NCBI GenBank assembly: GCA_950097015.1
Contig: CATNEN010000029.1
Coordinates: forward strand, 7,750,001 to 7,814,000
Source: Macrostomum hystrix
Taxonomy: Eukaryota > Animalia > Platyhelminthes
Length of the DNA stretch: 64,000 nucleotides
Direction: 5' to 3'
The notes under the pieces were generated by a model that did not search any database, was not told where the DNA came from, and was given only the letters and a program-made list of their open reading frames with translations. The position numbers and the translations under genes are program-made. Shown one piece after another: positions 47,322-60,734 of the stretch. The stretch's first letter is position 1; every line of letters begins with the position of its first letter.

Positions 47322-50238
47322 CTACCCGGCAATAACCGACTCCTCGAGCTGAGGAAAGAGCAACAGAAGCGACTGCCTAGCGTCGGAGTCCAGATCCAAT
47401 TCTAGGAGGCTGCGACCGAATTTAGTCACAATGGACTGCAGGCCGTGCTGGCAGGCCTCGCGCAGGGCGGCTGGCAGGCGCAGGCAGGTGTCATAGGCCT
47501 GCGACAGCGGCAGGTGCTGCTGGTAGGTATATTGCTGATGTTGCTGATGCTGCCTCAGCTGATTAGGCAAGCGCTGCTGTCTGGTGTCCGAGTCAGGGCG
47601 CGCAGTCGGCGCCAACAGCAGCAGCTGGTCTAGACCGTCGGCCTTGACGGCAGCCTCCAGTGTGCGGCCGAGGCGCAGCAGGAGGCCAAGCAGGCTGGGT
47701 AGGTCGCGCTGCACAATGCCGAATTCATCCTCTGTGTAGGAGGCCTCTATCAGGGTGCACATGGCACGCACCATAAGGACGTGCAGTTGGCAAGGCGCCA
47801 GGATCTCCAGCAGGTCGCTATGAGGCAGAGGTTCGCGAAGCCAGGCAGCCAAAGCGGTCAGCGGATGAGCCAGGAAGCCAGCTAGACTGCCGGGGCGACG
47901 CTGCTGTTGATGCTGCGGCAGATCTAAAGCGGCGCCAGACGGATCAAATTTATGACCAGGCGGTGTCGACGGCGGAGACAGTGGATCGGTGACGTGCAGC
48001 CTGGCTCGCAGATGCGGCGGCAGCAGCGCCCGCTGCATAGCTACCCGGCCGGGCAGCAGACGGCCCTCGCTGCGCAGCTGCCGGTGCCAGTCGCGCAGGC
48101 CGGCCAGCAAGCAGCCTAGGCGCAGCCGCGCCTCATCGCTAGCCAGCTCCCAGACGCGCGGCCGGCCGGCCAGCGGGCTGATGGCGAACACAGCTCGTCG
48201 AGACGCCGGTTCGCCTAGCTGACGACAGAAGGCTGACCAGGCTAGTAGGCGTGTGAGTTCTGGGTGGCAGTCGCCGGGGACTCCAGCTCCGTCGGCACCG
48301 CCAGTTAGTAAGGCCGGCCCGGTCACCTCCTCGGGCAGGCCGAACTCAACAGAGGCCTCCAGTACGAGGGGCGCCTCAGGCCGGCCGAGCCAGAGTCTGG
48401 CCAGCTCAGCGGCGGCAGACGCTGATGTCAGCAGGTGCAAACAGAGGAGCAACAGGCGAAGTGCCAGGCGGGGCGAGATCAGCACAGCCAATGCTGAGCG
48501 AAGCACTGGGCGCCACAGGCAGGCCAAGCAGGCGTAGAAAAGCGCGCTGGCACAGACTAGGCGAATGGCCAGACGTTGATTGTGTCGCCAGGCGTCGGAC
48601 AGTCTAGCCGTCATGCAGCGCAATGCGTGAAGCCTAGGCTGCAGTCGATACTGACTGGCGGATGTGACAGTTAAAGCCGAGGTGACGATTGTTCGGCCGT
48701 TGGCCAGTACCAGACGGGCCAGCCGGGCGGCGCAAGCCAGCTGGCCAGCGATCAGGGTGGCCAAGAAGGCGTCACTGAGCTGGGAACCGCTGCCGACGGC
48801 TGCGAAAAACTCACCGCTGCCTGCCGTTTGGTGGAGAAAGACGGGCGAAGCTTAACTCGCTGGAGCTCAGAGAACAACTCTGCTGTCCCACCACCTCACC
48901 GTCATTTATAACTGTGCTTGGACTACCCGTACTAAAGTACTGGGACTGTAACAATATCTACAGGAGCTTCCATCCAATCTAAATGGACTTCTACTCAATC
49001 TACTTGTACATGGACTTCAATTCAATCTACATGGACTTCTATTCAATCTACATGGACTTCTATTCAATCGACATGGGCTTCTATTCAATCTAGACTTCTA
49101 TTCAATCTACATGGACTTCTATTCAATCTACATGGACTTCTATTCAATCTAGACTTCTATTCAATCTACATGGACTTCTATTCAATCTAGACTTCTATTC
49201 AATCTACTTGGACTTCTATTCAATCTAGACTTCTATTCAATCTACATGGACTTCTATTCAATCTACATGGACTTCTATTCAATCTAGACTTCTATTCAAT
49301 CTACATGGACTTCTATTCAATCTACATGGACTTCTATTCAATCTACATGGACTTCTATTCAATCTACATGGGCTTCAATTCAATCTACATGGACTTCTAT
49401 TCAATCTAGACTTCTATTCAATCTACATGGACTTCAATTCAATCTACATGGACTTCAATTCAATCTACATGGACTTCAATTCAATCTACATGGACTTCAA
49501 TTCAATCTACATGGACTTCAATTCAATCTAGACTTTTATTCAATCTACATGGACTTCAATTCAATCTAGACTTCTATTCAATCTACATGGACTTCTATTC
49601 AATCTACGTGGACTTCTATTCAATCTACGTGGACTTCTATTCAATCTACAGGGACTTCTATTCAATCTACGTGGACTTCTATTCAATCTACGTGGACTTC
49701 TATTCAATCTACAGGAACTTCAACCCCATCAACGGAGACTTCTACGCAATCGATGGGGACTTCAACCTCATTAACGGGGACATCAACCCTGTCTACATTG
49801 ACGCAATCATATCCACTGGGATTTCTCTAATATTGAGCAGGCCCGAAGCCTCCACATACACGCGTTAGTGACCGCTTCCATTCAGACAATATACAAGAGC
49901 CAAATGATCTCACCTGCCAAACTATAGCAGGCAACGCTCAGTAGAAACGCTGGCACAGCTTGTGAGGCCCACAGTGCAAGATTGCGCCATTTGGCATGCT
50001 TGGTGAAAAGGCTGTGCCTCTCTCTATAGACAGTGTCTGACAGTGCCGGCCTGCGCCACATATCGGCTACCAGAAGCATCTGGCCTAGCCAGGTTGCAGC
50101 TAGTCCACTAGAGAATGGAAGAGAGGCCAATAGACTGAATGGTCGGCGCCAGGACAGCAGACACTCGGCCAGAGCTAGGCACAGGAGTGACAAGGCACCA
50201 ATGGCGCAAGACCAAAGACAACAGGCCTGCAGTCGCAT
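47322..50238 (-). CDS. NDC1: Nucleoporin NDC1 (TMEM48), about 607 aa, 2 exons
   Basis: Exon 1 50238-49914 (donor GCAG|GTGAGA, phase 1) and exon 2 48820-47322 (acceptor acggcag|GC). Multiple N-terminal hydrophobic segments; LAW...RRAVFAIS..GRPRVW; EDEFGIVQRDLPSLLGLLLRL and GLQSIVTKFGRSL match the conserved NDC1 C-terminal blocks as I recall them. Confidence 0.82.
48975..49715. repeat. 21-bp array (TCTACATGGACTTCTATTCAA) with 17-bp deletion variants, in the NDC1 intron
   Basis: Directly visible. Confidence 0.95.
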
Positions 50239-51902
50239 TGTTGGCTATTTTATCTTTCAATTAGCTTCAAAATCTGTAAAATTGCAAGTTAGGGAAGGTA
50301 ATTTACATAAAAACTTATTACAAGCACATGAATAAAAGAAGATTATTAGGCAGTGCCTATAAATTCTGCCTTAGGAAAGCATCTGTCTTTTCTTAGTAGT
50401 TTTTTATTTTTCAATTCACTTTTATCAATAGTGTTGTTTAATGTCTTAAATATTTAGCTTTAAATTTTTCTTTCTCACTTCATTCTTGTAATTTTCTGTA
50501 TAACAAGTTCTCCATATCTCTTAAAACTTATGATACTAGCATATAACTCAACATATTATTTTTACAACTTATAAATCATAACTAGGGCCTATGGTAAAGT
50601 ATATTCTTCATTAAGGCACTAAATTTAATGGTATAACTGAATATATTGAATCCTCATTAGAAAAAAACTTTTTGTATAATGATAGGCTACATGGACTATT
50701 TAATTTTTTTAATTCTAAAATAACCTTTTGTTACCAAACTATTTATGTAGGTGTAGGGCAACCAAGTGTACTGCATAGGAAGTGGTCTACTTCTATGGAC
50801 AAATGTTTGGTACATTTCCTCAACTTCAAGTTGATATGGTGTGCCTTATGGCAAAGCTTTATTGTGCAGCAACAGTGTGGGAGTGGGTGGGGCAGGGCAT
50901 GGGGGTATAATGATGTTAGCTTGGTTTAATAAGCCAAATATAAGCCAACTTTTAAGCCAAAATTGTATAGTTCCCAGTGCCAACATCACCAGGTCCACTT
51001 GGGTGACACTGCAGCTTTAGTTACCTACCTAGGCCTATTGTCTCTAGAGGCTATCAGAATAGGCAGCAATGCCTTCCCACTACTTCTGGCCAATGCCCTT
51101 TGCAGCTAAGTCAAGTAAATCAAGTATTAGACATAGCTAGCTAGCTTATTTTAATATATACATAATATATATATTATATAATATAAAATGAGACTGAAAG
51201 AGTCAAAAAGACTCATATAATTAGACTCAGAGCTAAAAGAGTTAGCCTAGGCCCCAGATGATAAAATATCAGACTAGATTAATAGGCCTAGTCTGTTGTC
51301 ATGATTAATAGTCTAGTCTAAACTTAGGTTTTACTGTTAAATTAAAACAATTTACAAAAATGTACAATTTCTACTTTATTTGTGTTATTCAACAGCTAGG
51401 CCTAGCTATAGGCAATAGCAACTATGAATAGCAACAGATAGTGAGATAGGGCCTACAAAAATACATCACTGCAGTTTGCCTTTGTATCCAAGCCTTGCTG
51501 ATTCGTTGAATAAATTAGGGCCAAGCTAGCTAAGCTAGGCTTGAAAAAATAAATTACATTGAAAGCTAAGCCTTTCTAAAAAATATATAGCTATAGCTAT
51601 ATTAGGGCCTAGCAATAGCTAATACGTTAAAGTATATTATAACATGACTAGCTTCTCAGTGTGCTCACTGATTCACTAGGTCTAAGGGGTTCCGGTCTTT
51701 TCGTCTGCCGTCATCTCGTATGTCTGCAGACTAGTTGACTTATTTGTAGGCAAATGAAATTCATGAGCGGATGAATAACTTGCGCACAGACACGGCAATT
51801 TACTTTGTGGCCGATGTAATGGTTTCCCGATGGATATTCAGATTGATATTCGATGAATCAAAAACTCTTTAAAAAATTAAACAAACTCGGAGTGTCGACA
51901 CT

Positions 51903-52380
51903 TTATATTCTCCATACAGCAGCCGAGATATGATACCGTGTCAAATTTCTACTAAATTGGACTAGTAGTTTCGGAGATAATCGCCTGTACGTGGTGCTCG
52001 CCATCTCTGTAATGTATTTCAATAGGCCCCATTGATATTCGCAGGAGAGACACTTTGGCTTAATCCACACTGTTCACACTTTATATTCTCCATACAGCAA
52101 CCGAGAAATGATACCGTACCAAATTTCTACTAAATTGGACTAGTAGTTTCGGAGATAATCACCTGTACGTGGTGCTCACCATCTCTGTAATGTATTTAAA
52201 TAGGCTCCATTGATATTCGCAGGAAAGACACTTTGGCTTAATACACACTGCTCACAATTTATTTTCTCCATACAGCAACCGAGATATGATACCGTGTCAA
52301 ATTTCTACCAAATTGGACTAGTAGTTTCGGAGATAATCACCTGTACGTGGTGCTCGCCATCTCTGTAATGTATTTCAATT
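51903..52380. repeat. 178-bp tandem repeat x~2.7, probably internal to a non-autonomous DNA or rolling-circle element
   Basis: Unit starts at 51903, 52081 and 52259. The CAAATTTC...TAGTAGTTTCGGAGAT...CGCCATCT motifs resemble DINE/HINE-type element interiors; this class assignment is tentative. Confidence 0.8.
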
Positions 52381-54909
52381 CGTTACTTTTAATCGGTACT
52401 TTCAGTGTTTCGTATTATTTAATTGGCCCAAACTTTAAAATTTTGTCACCATTCTTTGTATTGTACTCGTAGCGGCATACAAAATAAGCTATCAAAGGAG
52501 TTGCCTACCCTGTTTCTCGCCATCTATGTATGTATTTCAATCGGCTCTGTAATTTGTCTATGGACGTACGAGTTGTGTTTTCGGGTAGTAAGTATATAGA
52601 AAAATATATTCGATGTTGGGTGCTCTCTATGTCAGCTATTATAGAGACTTAGTTTTGTCTATGGCCGCTTTGTATTTAAGTTGTAATCGCATAGTTTTTA
52701 ACTAGTTACACTGCATTATTAACCTGTCTACTACAAATTATTTTTTCAACAGAACTTTACTTCTTCTGTAGGCTACTTTTTGCTTGATTTGAAGCAGCTA
52801 GTGTATGTAATATAATCAACCAGAATAAATATACTATTAGCAATATTTCAACAATAATCGTCTATTTGGCAATAAAAATTAACTAATTCACTACGTAGTA
52901 GCGAACTGAATAGTGAACTTAAAGGCGAAAATCTCCAAAAGCCCATGCAGCAACCCTGGCCCTTATATGCGCCACTGCAGAGCAGAAATTAACTAAAATA
53001 CCTGAAGATACACCAACATTTACAATTGAAAATCGACATCTGAAATGCATATTAAATTATCGAAAACTCCTTTAAAAAGTAATGTTGTATATTCAGGAAT
53101 AAAATTCCACAGCAGAATCGATCAGAGGAGCAGAAAAGTAAAAGTGAAACACAGACTGTGTACACAAAACATGGGGCGTTAGAAGACATGCCATGTGAGA
53201 AAGGGTTGCAGGCTTTTGCCGTGCTATGTGACTCACAATTTCCCCGGGATCAGAATATGAAGGACGGTAAGGTGGGGCGTTGGCAGAAAGCTATAGTTAG
53301 GAGCGGGGCTTGGGGATTTGAGAGTAAAGTTGGAGAAAATAAAGAAGGCCTTCCGGAACTCGGCAGCGCCAGGAAATGGAAAGAAGCCACTTGCAATGCC
53401 CCCGCAGCAAGTGTATAGCGGGCAGGGCGGGGGCATTTTTGTTTGGAGGGCACGAGACATTCCTAACCAAGAGGAGGGACGCTCAACATTAAGCCAATTC
53501 GCAATTGTGCGTGTTTGATCAGTGTGCCCGCTTGCGCGAGGCAGCATGTGTGCTAAAAGCTGCGCAAACTCAGAGAGCTCAGAGAAAGCCTTTTTAAAAG
53601 CAGAGAGAGAGAGAGGAAGAATTGAAGACAGCGTCAGGAACAGGGAGCTTTATTGGCTACAAACTGTGCTCTCCCTGGAACTGAAGATTAAGCTCTCGAT
53701 CGCCAACCAATGCTTTCTGGCCAGTAATTGGTGCAAAAGCGGCAGTTTGGGGAAGGCGGGGTCCCACTGTAGGAACAGGTGACAGCCAGCCGTTTGGGAG
53801 GGGATTAAAATGCGCCCCCAACTCCACGCAGACAGGAGAAGTTAACAAGAGCCCCCCCGGGCAGCCGAGCTGCAGTTCTCAAACTTTACCTCTAGCATTT
53901 TTGAGCCTAGACGCCCACTCATTAAACTCAGCAAGCTGAGCAATGAGGAAATATCCAATTTCATGCTAGATCATAACTTTGCGGATCCTTAACGAGCCAA
54001 GCGGACAAGTTATTAGCAGCAGGTAAGGACAATGATGAGACTTGTAAGAAATACCGCTCTGATTTCATGGCTAACGGCTACAGCTTTTTGACAGCACCTG
54101 ACAGCTAGCACTCACCTGCTCTGACTATGTATTCGTTGTCAGTGAAATCAGCCGCGGTGTTTTGTAAACAGCCAGTTGCCAGTTGGGCTATTGTTTCTTG
54201 TCGGGTGCCCTACCTTGCCCGGAACCGGTGCTTTGAGGCCTTTATTTCTGCGTATCTAGCTGGTTGCTAATGTAATAAAAAAATAAACAGTTTTTGAGCA
54301 AACCAGGTTCTTTTACGTTTTCTTCAAGGCTGCGCAGCCAGTTCCATAGATTTATTATATAATTTCCATTTTTTCTAATGCAGCAAAAGTAGAAAATGCG
54401 CTACAACAAAACTAGCAATCGACATTGTGCAGTTTTATGACAATGAATGATACGCTCAAAAATTACTTATAGTAGTTAGACTGATAACAAATGCTTGTGA
54501 GACTGTTTTTAGGTTACTAAAAATACATAATCTTGTTTGCTTGAAATTACAGCAAGAAATTTAGTTTTATTAGAAACCAATTTACACAAAAAACTACCGG
54601 ACTTTACTATACGCAAATATAAAGAACACACAAATAGACCCCTTTATTTGTGTACTAACTTAGCCCCGCATAAACAAAGCAAGTAGTCAATTTTAAATAT
54701 GGCCTGGAAATCCATGTATCCATATTCCAGTTCAAAGCTTTAAACACCAATATACGGTTCAAATACCTCAAAACGTCTAGCCTATAAAATAATATCTCTA
54801 AATACGACCACTAGATCAAAGAATCTTAGAAAGACATCTGACAATCCCTACATAAAAATTATCAGCTAATATTAATTGATTACAATCCATAAACTGTAAT
54901 GACTAAATA

Positions 54910-55755
54910 AGAATCCAAAGACTATAATCCCTAAATAACAATCCCAAAGACTATAATCCCTAAATAACAATCCCAAAGACTATAATCCCTAAATAACAAT
55001 CCCAAAGACTATAATCCCTAAATAACAATCCCAAAGACTACAATCCCTAAATAACAATCCAAAGACTATAATCCCTAAATAACAATCCAAAGACTATAAT
55101 CCCTAAATAACAATCCAAAGACTACAATCCCTAAATAACAATCCAAAGACTATAATCCCTAAATAACAATCCAAAGACTATAATCCCTAAATAACAATCC
55201 AAAGACTATTATCCCTAAATAATAATCCCCAAAGACTATAATCCCTAAATAAGAATCCAAAAGACTATAATCCCTAAATAACAATCCAAAGACTACAATC
55301 CCTAAATAACAATCCCAGGACTATAATCCCTAAATAACAATCCCAAGACTACAATCCCTAAATAACAATCCCAGGACTACAATCCCTAAATAACAATCCC
55401 AGGACTACAATCCCTAAATAACAATCCCAATACTACAATCCCTAAATAACAATCCCAATACTACAATCCCTAAATAACAATCCAAAGACTACAATCCCTA
55501 AATAACAAACCCAAGACTACAATCCCTAAATAACAATCCCAGGACTATAATCCCTAAATAACAATCCCAAGACTACAATCCCTAAATAACAATCCCAGGA
55601 CTATAATCCCTAAATAACAATCCCAAAGACTACAATCCCAATACTACAATCCCTAAATAACAATCCCAATACTACAATCCCTAAATAACAATCCCAATAC
55701 TACAATCCCTAAATAACAATCCCAATACTACAATCCCTAAATAACAATACCAATA
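54910..55755. repeat. About 28-bp array (AATCCCTAAATAACAATCCCAAGACTAC), one TTAGGG per unit on the minus strand
   Basis: Directly visible; unit length 27-29. Confidence 0.95.
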
Positions 55756-56012
55756 CAAAAACGTAATAAAATTTAGAATAATACTCGAAAGCTTAAATAG
55801 TAATAAACTAAAATCCAAAGCTTACACTAAAAGCTTACACTAAAGCTTACACTAAAAGCTTAATAAACAAATGATAATCCTAAAACTTAGATTTTCATGT
55901 ATTAGGCTTGCCTACAAAAGCTTCAAATAGCACAATCACATTATAACAAAATGAAATTTAGGAGAAAATTCACGCAAGCACACAGATTTCAATGAAGTGA
56001 AGTGAATAGTGA

Positions 56013-57334
56013 TCAGTGCTTCTCGCCCTCGCCGTCCAAATTCGCCCGCCGATTTGCCCGTTCAAGCTCGGCGATGAGCTCCATGCTGCGCTTCTCTCTG
56101 TGCTGATCTGCGCCAACGCCAATCTCGGCGTTGCCACCCTTGCTAATGAGCTTCTTTATCTCCTCGCTGCCGGAGGGCCTGTACTTTTCGAACAGATTGG
56201 GAAATTCGAAGCGCTGCGGCTCATTGTTGGGCCCGGTTTCGGCCAAGAAAACGTAGGCCACCTTTCTATACAAATCCAATGGCTGGGGCTTGCTATTGTG
56301 CGGACCGAACGGCATTCGGCTAGGGTGAGCCGGATCAATGTCCGGCGCGCCCTCGACCGCGTGCACCTGAGCGTGGAGAAGCCGGACGCCGTAGAGTTTC
56401 TCAAGCATTTGGCGCACCTCGCCAGCAGTCATTTGGGGCTGCACTTCGAATTTGAGCACACCTGGCGGCAGCGGGAATCTAGGCCGTACAAGCTTCATCC
56501 AGTAGTTTGGCATATACAGGCGCACCTGTTTCGCATGATGGCAAGGTTTATTAGCAATGAGCTAGGTGACTGGGTGTGATCCTAGGTGACTGAGTGTGAT
56601 CCTAGACGACTGGGTGTGATCCTAGACGACTGGGTGTGATCCTAGACGACTGGGTGTGTTCCAAGGTGACTGGGTGTGATCCTAGACGACTGGGTGTGAT
56701 CCTAGACGACTGGGTGTGTTCTACGTGACTGGGTGTGTTCTAGGTGACTGGGTGTGTTCTAGGTGACTGGGTGTGATCCTAGACGACTGGGTGTGATCCT
56801 AGACGACTGGGTGTGATCCTAGACTGCTGGGTGTGATCCTAGACGACTGGGTGTGATCCAAGGTGACTGGGTGTGATCCTAGACGACTGGGTGTGATCCT
56901 AGGTTACTGGGTGTGATCCTAGGTGACTGGGTGTGATCCTAGACGACTGGATGTGATCCTAGACGACTGGGTGTGATCCAAGGTGACTGGGTGTGATCCT
57001 AGACGACTGGGTGTGATCCTAGGTTACTGGGTGTGATCCTAGGTGACTGGGTGTGATCCTAGGTTACTGGGTGAGATCCTAGGTGACTGGGTGTGATCCT
57101 AGGTGACTGGGTGTGATCCTAGGTGACTGGGTGTGTTCTACGTGACTGGGTGTGTTCTAGGTGACTGGGTGTGTTCTACGTGACTGGGTGTGTTCTAGGT
57201 GATCTAAAAAACCCTACAGCTAAATAAGAATGAAGAAACAAGTAGAATCGTCAATCGACACCGCGTCGAGCCCTTACCTGGGGATCGCCCGGCTGGTATT
57301 GTGGATACTCCATCTGACGACGCCACAATGGCAT
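56013..57334 (-). CDS. MRPL23: Mitochondrial ribosomal protein L23 (uL23m), 189 aa, 2 exons
   Basis: Exon 1 57334-57278 MPLWRRQMEYPQYQPGDPQ (donor CAG|GTAAGG) and exon 2 56525-56013 VRLYMPNYWMKLVRP...KFEVQPQMTAGEVRQMLEKLYGV...YRKVAYVFL...FEFPNLF (acceptor aaacag|GTG). YP.Y..G.PQ.R.f.pNfw.kLVRP is the metazoan uL23m N-terminus. Confidence 0.92.
56565..57205. repeat. 20-bp array (GACTGGGTGTGATCCTAG[AC/GT]) x~32 filling the MRPL23 intron
   Basis: Directly visible. Confidence 0.97.
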
Positions 57335-60300
57335 ATAGCGACTGGCACGCGATAGAGCTATTGGATTGGCCAGCACAGTTGGTCGAATTGAGCCCATTAT
57401 GATATTAGTTTGTTAAACCTGATGGCCACTGGAAGCAGAAATTTTTTGACTTTTGACTTGCTAAGAAATGCTAGACAAAACTAGTGAAACTAAGCCAAAA
57501 GACTTAAATTATACTACAAAGACTATTAGGTGGGAGAGATAAATTACATAATTCATTGAATCTTTAGGAATTAATGACTATTCTGTTGGCGTAACTTGAC
57601 AAAGATACAAAGGGTCATTAGAGAGTCTCCTAAGACTCTTTGTCTCGAAGGGTCTTTGTTATATGGAGACATTACGTCTCCTAAGACTTAGGACAAGGAT
57701 TTTTGTTCAGTAGTACATTCAAAATGTCAGTTTTTAATCAGGTTCGACATTTTACTAGTGTCTGGAAACACTACTACCAGTAGAAACTAGAAAATATATG
57801 GAAACATTATTTCCTAGCATTTCAGGTACAGCGACAGCAACTTGTTAAAAAATTTGATTCATCCTAATTGTAAACTAAATTCATAATTTATGGTTGAAAC
57901 TAAATAAATGTACCTGAAAAAACTGCTTTATCAATAAGTATACATTTTGAAGTAACTGAAGCTAGAGAAAATTGAACTTATAAACTACATTAGACAACAT
58001 TCTCTTGCATTGAAGTTTAAATAACAGTACTTTTTCTCATTATTAATTATTAGGCCTAGCTATAACAAATATATATATATATATATAAGTCACTAATACT
58101 AATAATAATTAGAGGTCTGTTAGCACTTAAGTATTGTATGGTGACATTAGACCAGTAGCAAGAGGCAATTCTGCCCATTCCACAGGCTCTTGAGCACCCA
58201 CAGATACTATATGCAGACTCACTCTCACACAAATGTGTATACCTGCCCAGCTTTCTTGACACCAGGCAGTGTAGACTTTACTATAATTACTATGCCATTG
58301 GCCAATTCTAAGTGAAGACACAAACCCTATCAGTTTACTTGAATTTCCTAACAATCCTAATCCTTGTCCATATGCTTTAGATATTCTGCCCATGATTTGC
58401 CCTTTAGACGATACAGTTAATGCTTGCTGTCTTTTTCTTATAAATCTACATATATTGATCTACACATGAACAAAATGCCATAGACACTGAAGATGCCCAT
58501 GATGGGCCAAAATGAGTTGGAAACTACGAAGTAAATCTCTGTGATGTATATTAAATTTTGCAAACCAATTTCTTTAATTGCATTTTCTATTTAAATTATA
58601 TTTTAACAAAGTGTGCACTCTAGCATTTCAATTTTTCCGGGCAGCAGTTGGATCCCGACTCTAGTTATAGTATGGCTAATATGGACATGGTTAAACTTTG
58701 TTCCTTCAATTTAACAACTACAAGCACATCTTCTGAGCTAAATCATTCAGACACATAAGCTTCAGCTGAAATATACAAAGTTTTCTAGTCCTTCAAGTAA
58801 ACCAAAAATAGGGTCTAATTAGCTAAAAATCAGTTGCTGTGCATAAAATTGAAGTTATATTGTGTTTTCCCTATGTAGGACACACTATGCTTACATATAA
58901 AATATTCTTGACGCTTGACGCTTGACGCTTGACGCGCTGATTGCTAATTTTCCAAGATACAGCGCGCGCGAATTTGTTCTCAAAGCATTAAAACAATCAT
59001 TTTTTGATAAGCTGTGGTGTTAATAATACCCATCAAATCTCTGTGATCGCGGTGCTAAAACGTAATGATGAAAATTCTTTTTAAATTTATTTTTCGTTCA
59101 GTTAGCTAAAGAGTTGCCATTACCCTTTCTGCTCTTCGCACCTGCGTGCGCATTTAATTTGACCGCTGCCCATTTTTACTGCAATAGGTTTTATTGCTGG
59201 CCCAAGCTGCTTTCAAAATCGATGCGGCTGAAGTGCGGCTAGCTTTTGGTCAGTCCATTTTTGTCCTTGGTCTGTGCTGCTGTGTATAGTAGTTTTTTGT
59301 TGTTGTTTTTGTTGTTGATGTTGTTGTTATCATTATTGTTCTCAGCTTGAAGTGATCCACTCATGATCAGTTTGTAAATAAATTCACATCACAATTCAGA
59401 AACGCGCACGTTCGGCATTAGGTCAGTGCATTAATGTCATTTAAAGTAAAATGTTGGGCTTCAAATCAGTATGGCGTTAAAGCAGATGCGACAAAGAATT
59501 ATGAATGCATTGTATGTATACACATTAAATTGGGTTGCGATTGGCTCGAAGTGGTGATTGAATGAAGGGGAATTTACTACACTATAATATATTTTCCTAC
59601 TATAAAGCAAATATATGATTCTGTGCAGCAACAATGAGACAGTGCAGTTGTTGTGCCCACGATTTTTACACGATTTTTCCTAATATTTTCATAAGTATAG
59701 GTTATGTGAGGAAACAGAAAAGTTCCCTTCAAAAGTGAATCTTTAAGGTGCAGGTGCAGGCAGCTAACCACTTGTTTATTAGACAGATCCTGGGAAGAGA
59801 CTCGGAAAGTCTTAGGACAGCAAAGGTTGTTAAATGAGCAAACTTGCAGCCAAAAATTGCAGCATGCAAGCAGCTTGCAGCAAGCTCACCAGATATCCGT
59901 GGCGAGGTCATATTAATTTCGGGTGCAGCCCCAAAGCGCAGCAGCGAGGTATACATGTACATTGAGAGTACACTTGCCAGATGAGAAAGCCTGCACTTTG
60001 TATCAGATGTAGATCATACGCACAAGTATAAACGAGTGCGTATGCTTGTTCAGCTAGGTCAGCGGAAATGGGCAGAATGCGTACTCATTTGCTGCGGGCT
60101 GTAGACTGTCCCCAATTGTTGCAAATATGCAACTAGCTAGTATTATCGAGTGTGGTAGAATTCATATACATATAATTTACGAGTTTCAAAGATTTTAATA
60201 ACATATACTTCGTAGAGTGCAACAAACATATCCGTGTCCATTTACAGTCAACTACAGGTTATTTTTTGGCGCTTCACGATTTTGGTTGAAGAATTAATCC

Positions 60301-60734
60301 GGCTAGATATCGATGCTGGCAGAGCATGCTTCCACGATCCGTAGTAAACAGAGCTTACTATTTTAAGGTAGTGTGCAGAAAGAAAGTGATCGAGGTAGAT
60401 AAAGCAGAATTGATGCAAATACCAGGATCATGCATTAGGAATGAAAAATTTCTATAACTCAATTCATTTTTCAGTAGCTGAATTCTGATTCAATCGGAAA
60501 GTTATCTAGCTAGGATGGAGGCTGAAAATAACAAACTATAACAAAACTGTTCTGACAGCAGTACTATATAGACGTTCCAGTTATCATCAAATATAATAAT
60601 TTGATATCAGATTGCATACATTTGCATGAATCAGAAGCCGACAGGTAGATAAAGAATTGTGATATATTGCCGTTGATTTTTATGCTCATTTATCAGCTGT
60701 AAAACAAGAGTTGATTACTCTAATCTACTCACGT

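Noticed and set aside
53150-53920. Cluster of short ORFs in a GC-richer patch (also 12250-12870, 14200-14650, 18180-18720)
   Set aside because: These may be decayed retroelement fragments, but I found no recognisable RT, endonuclease or gag motif and no consistent splice pattern.
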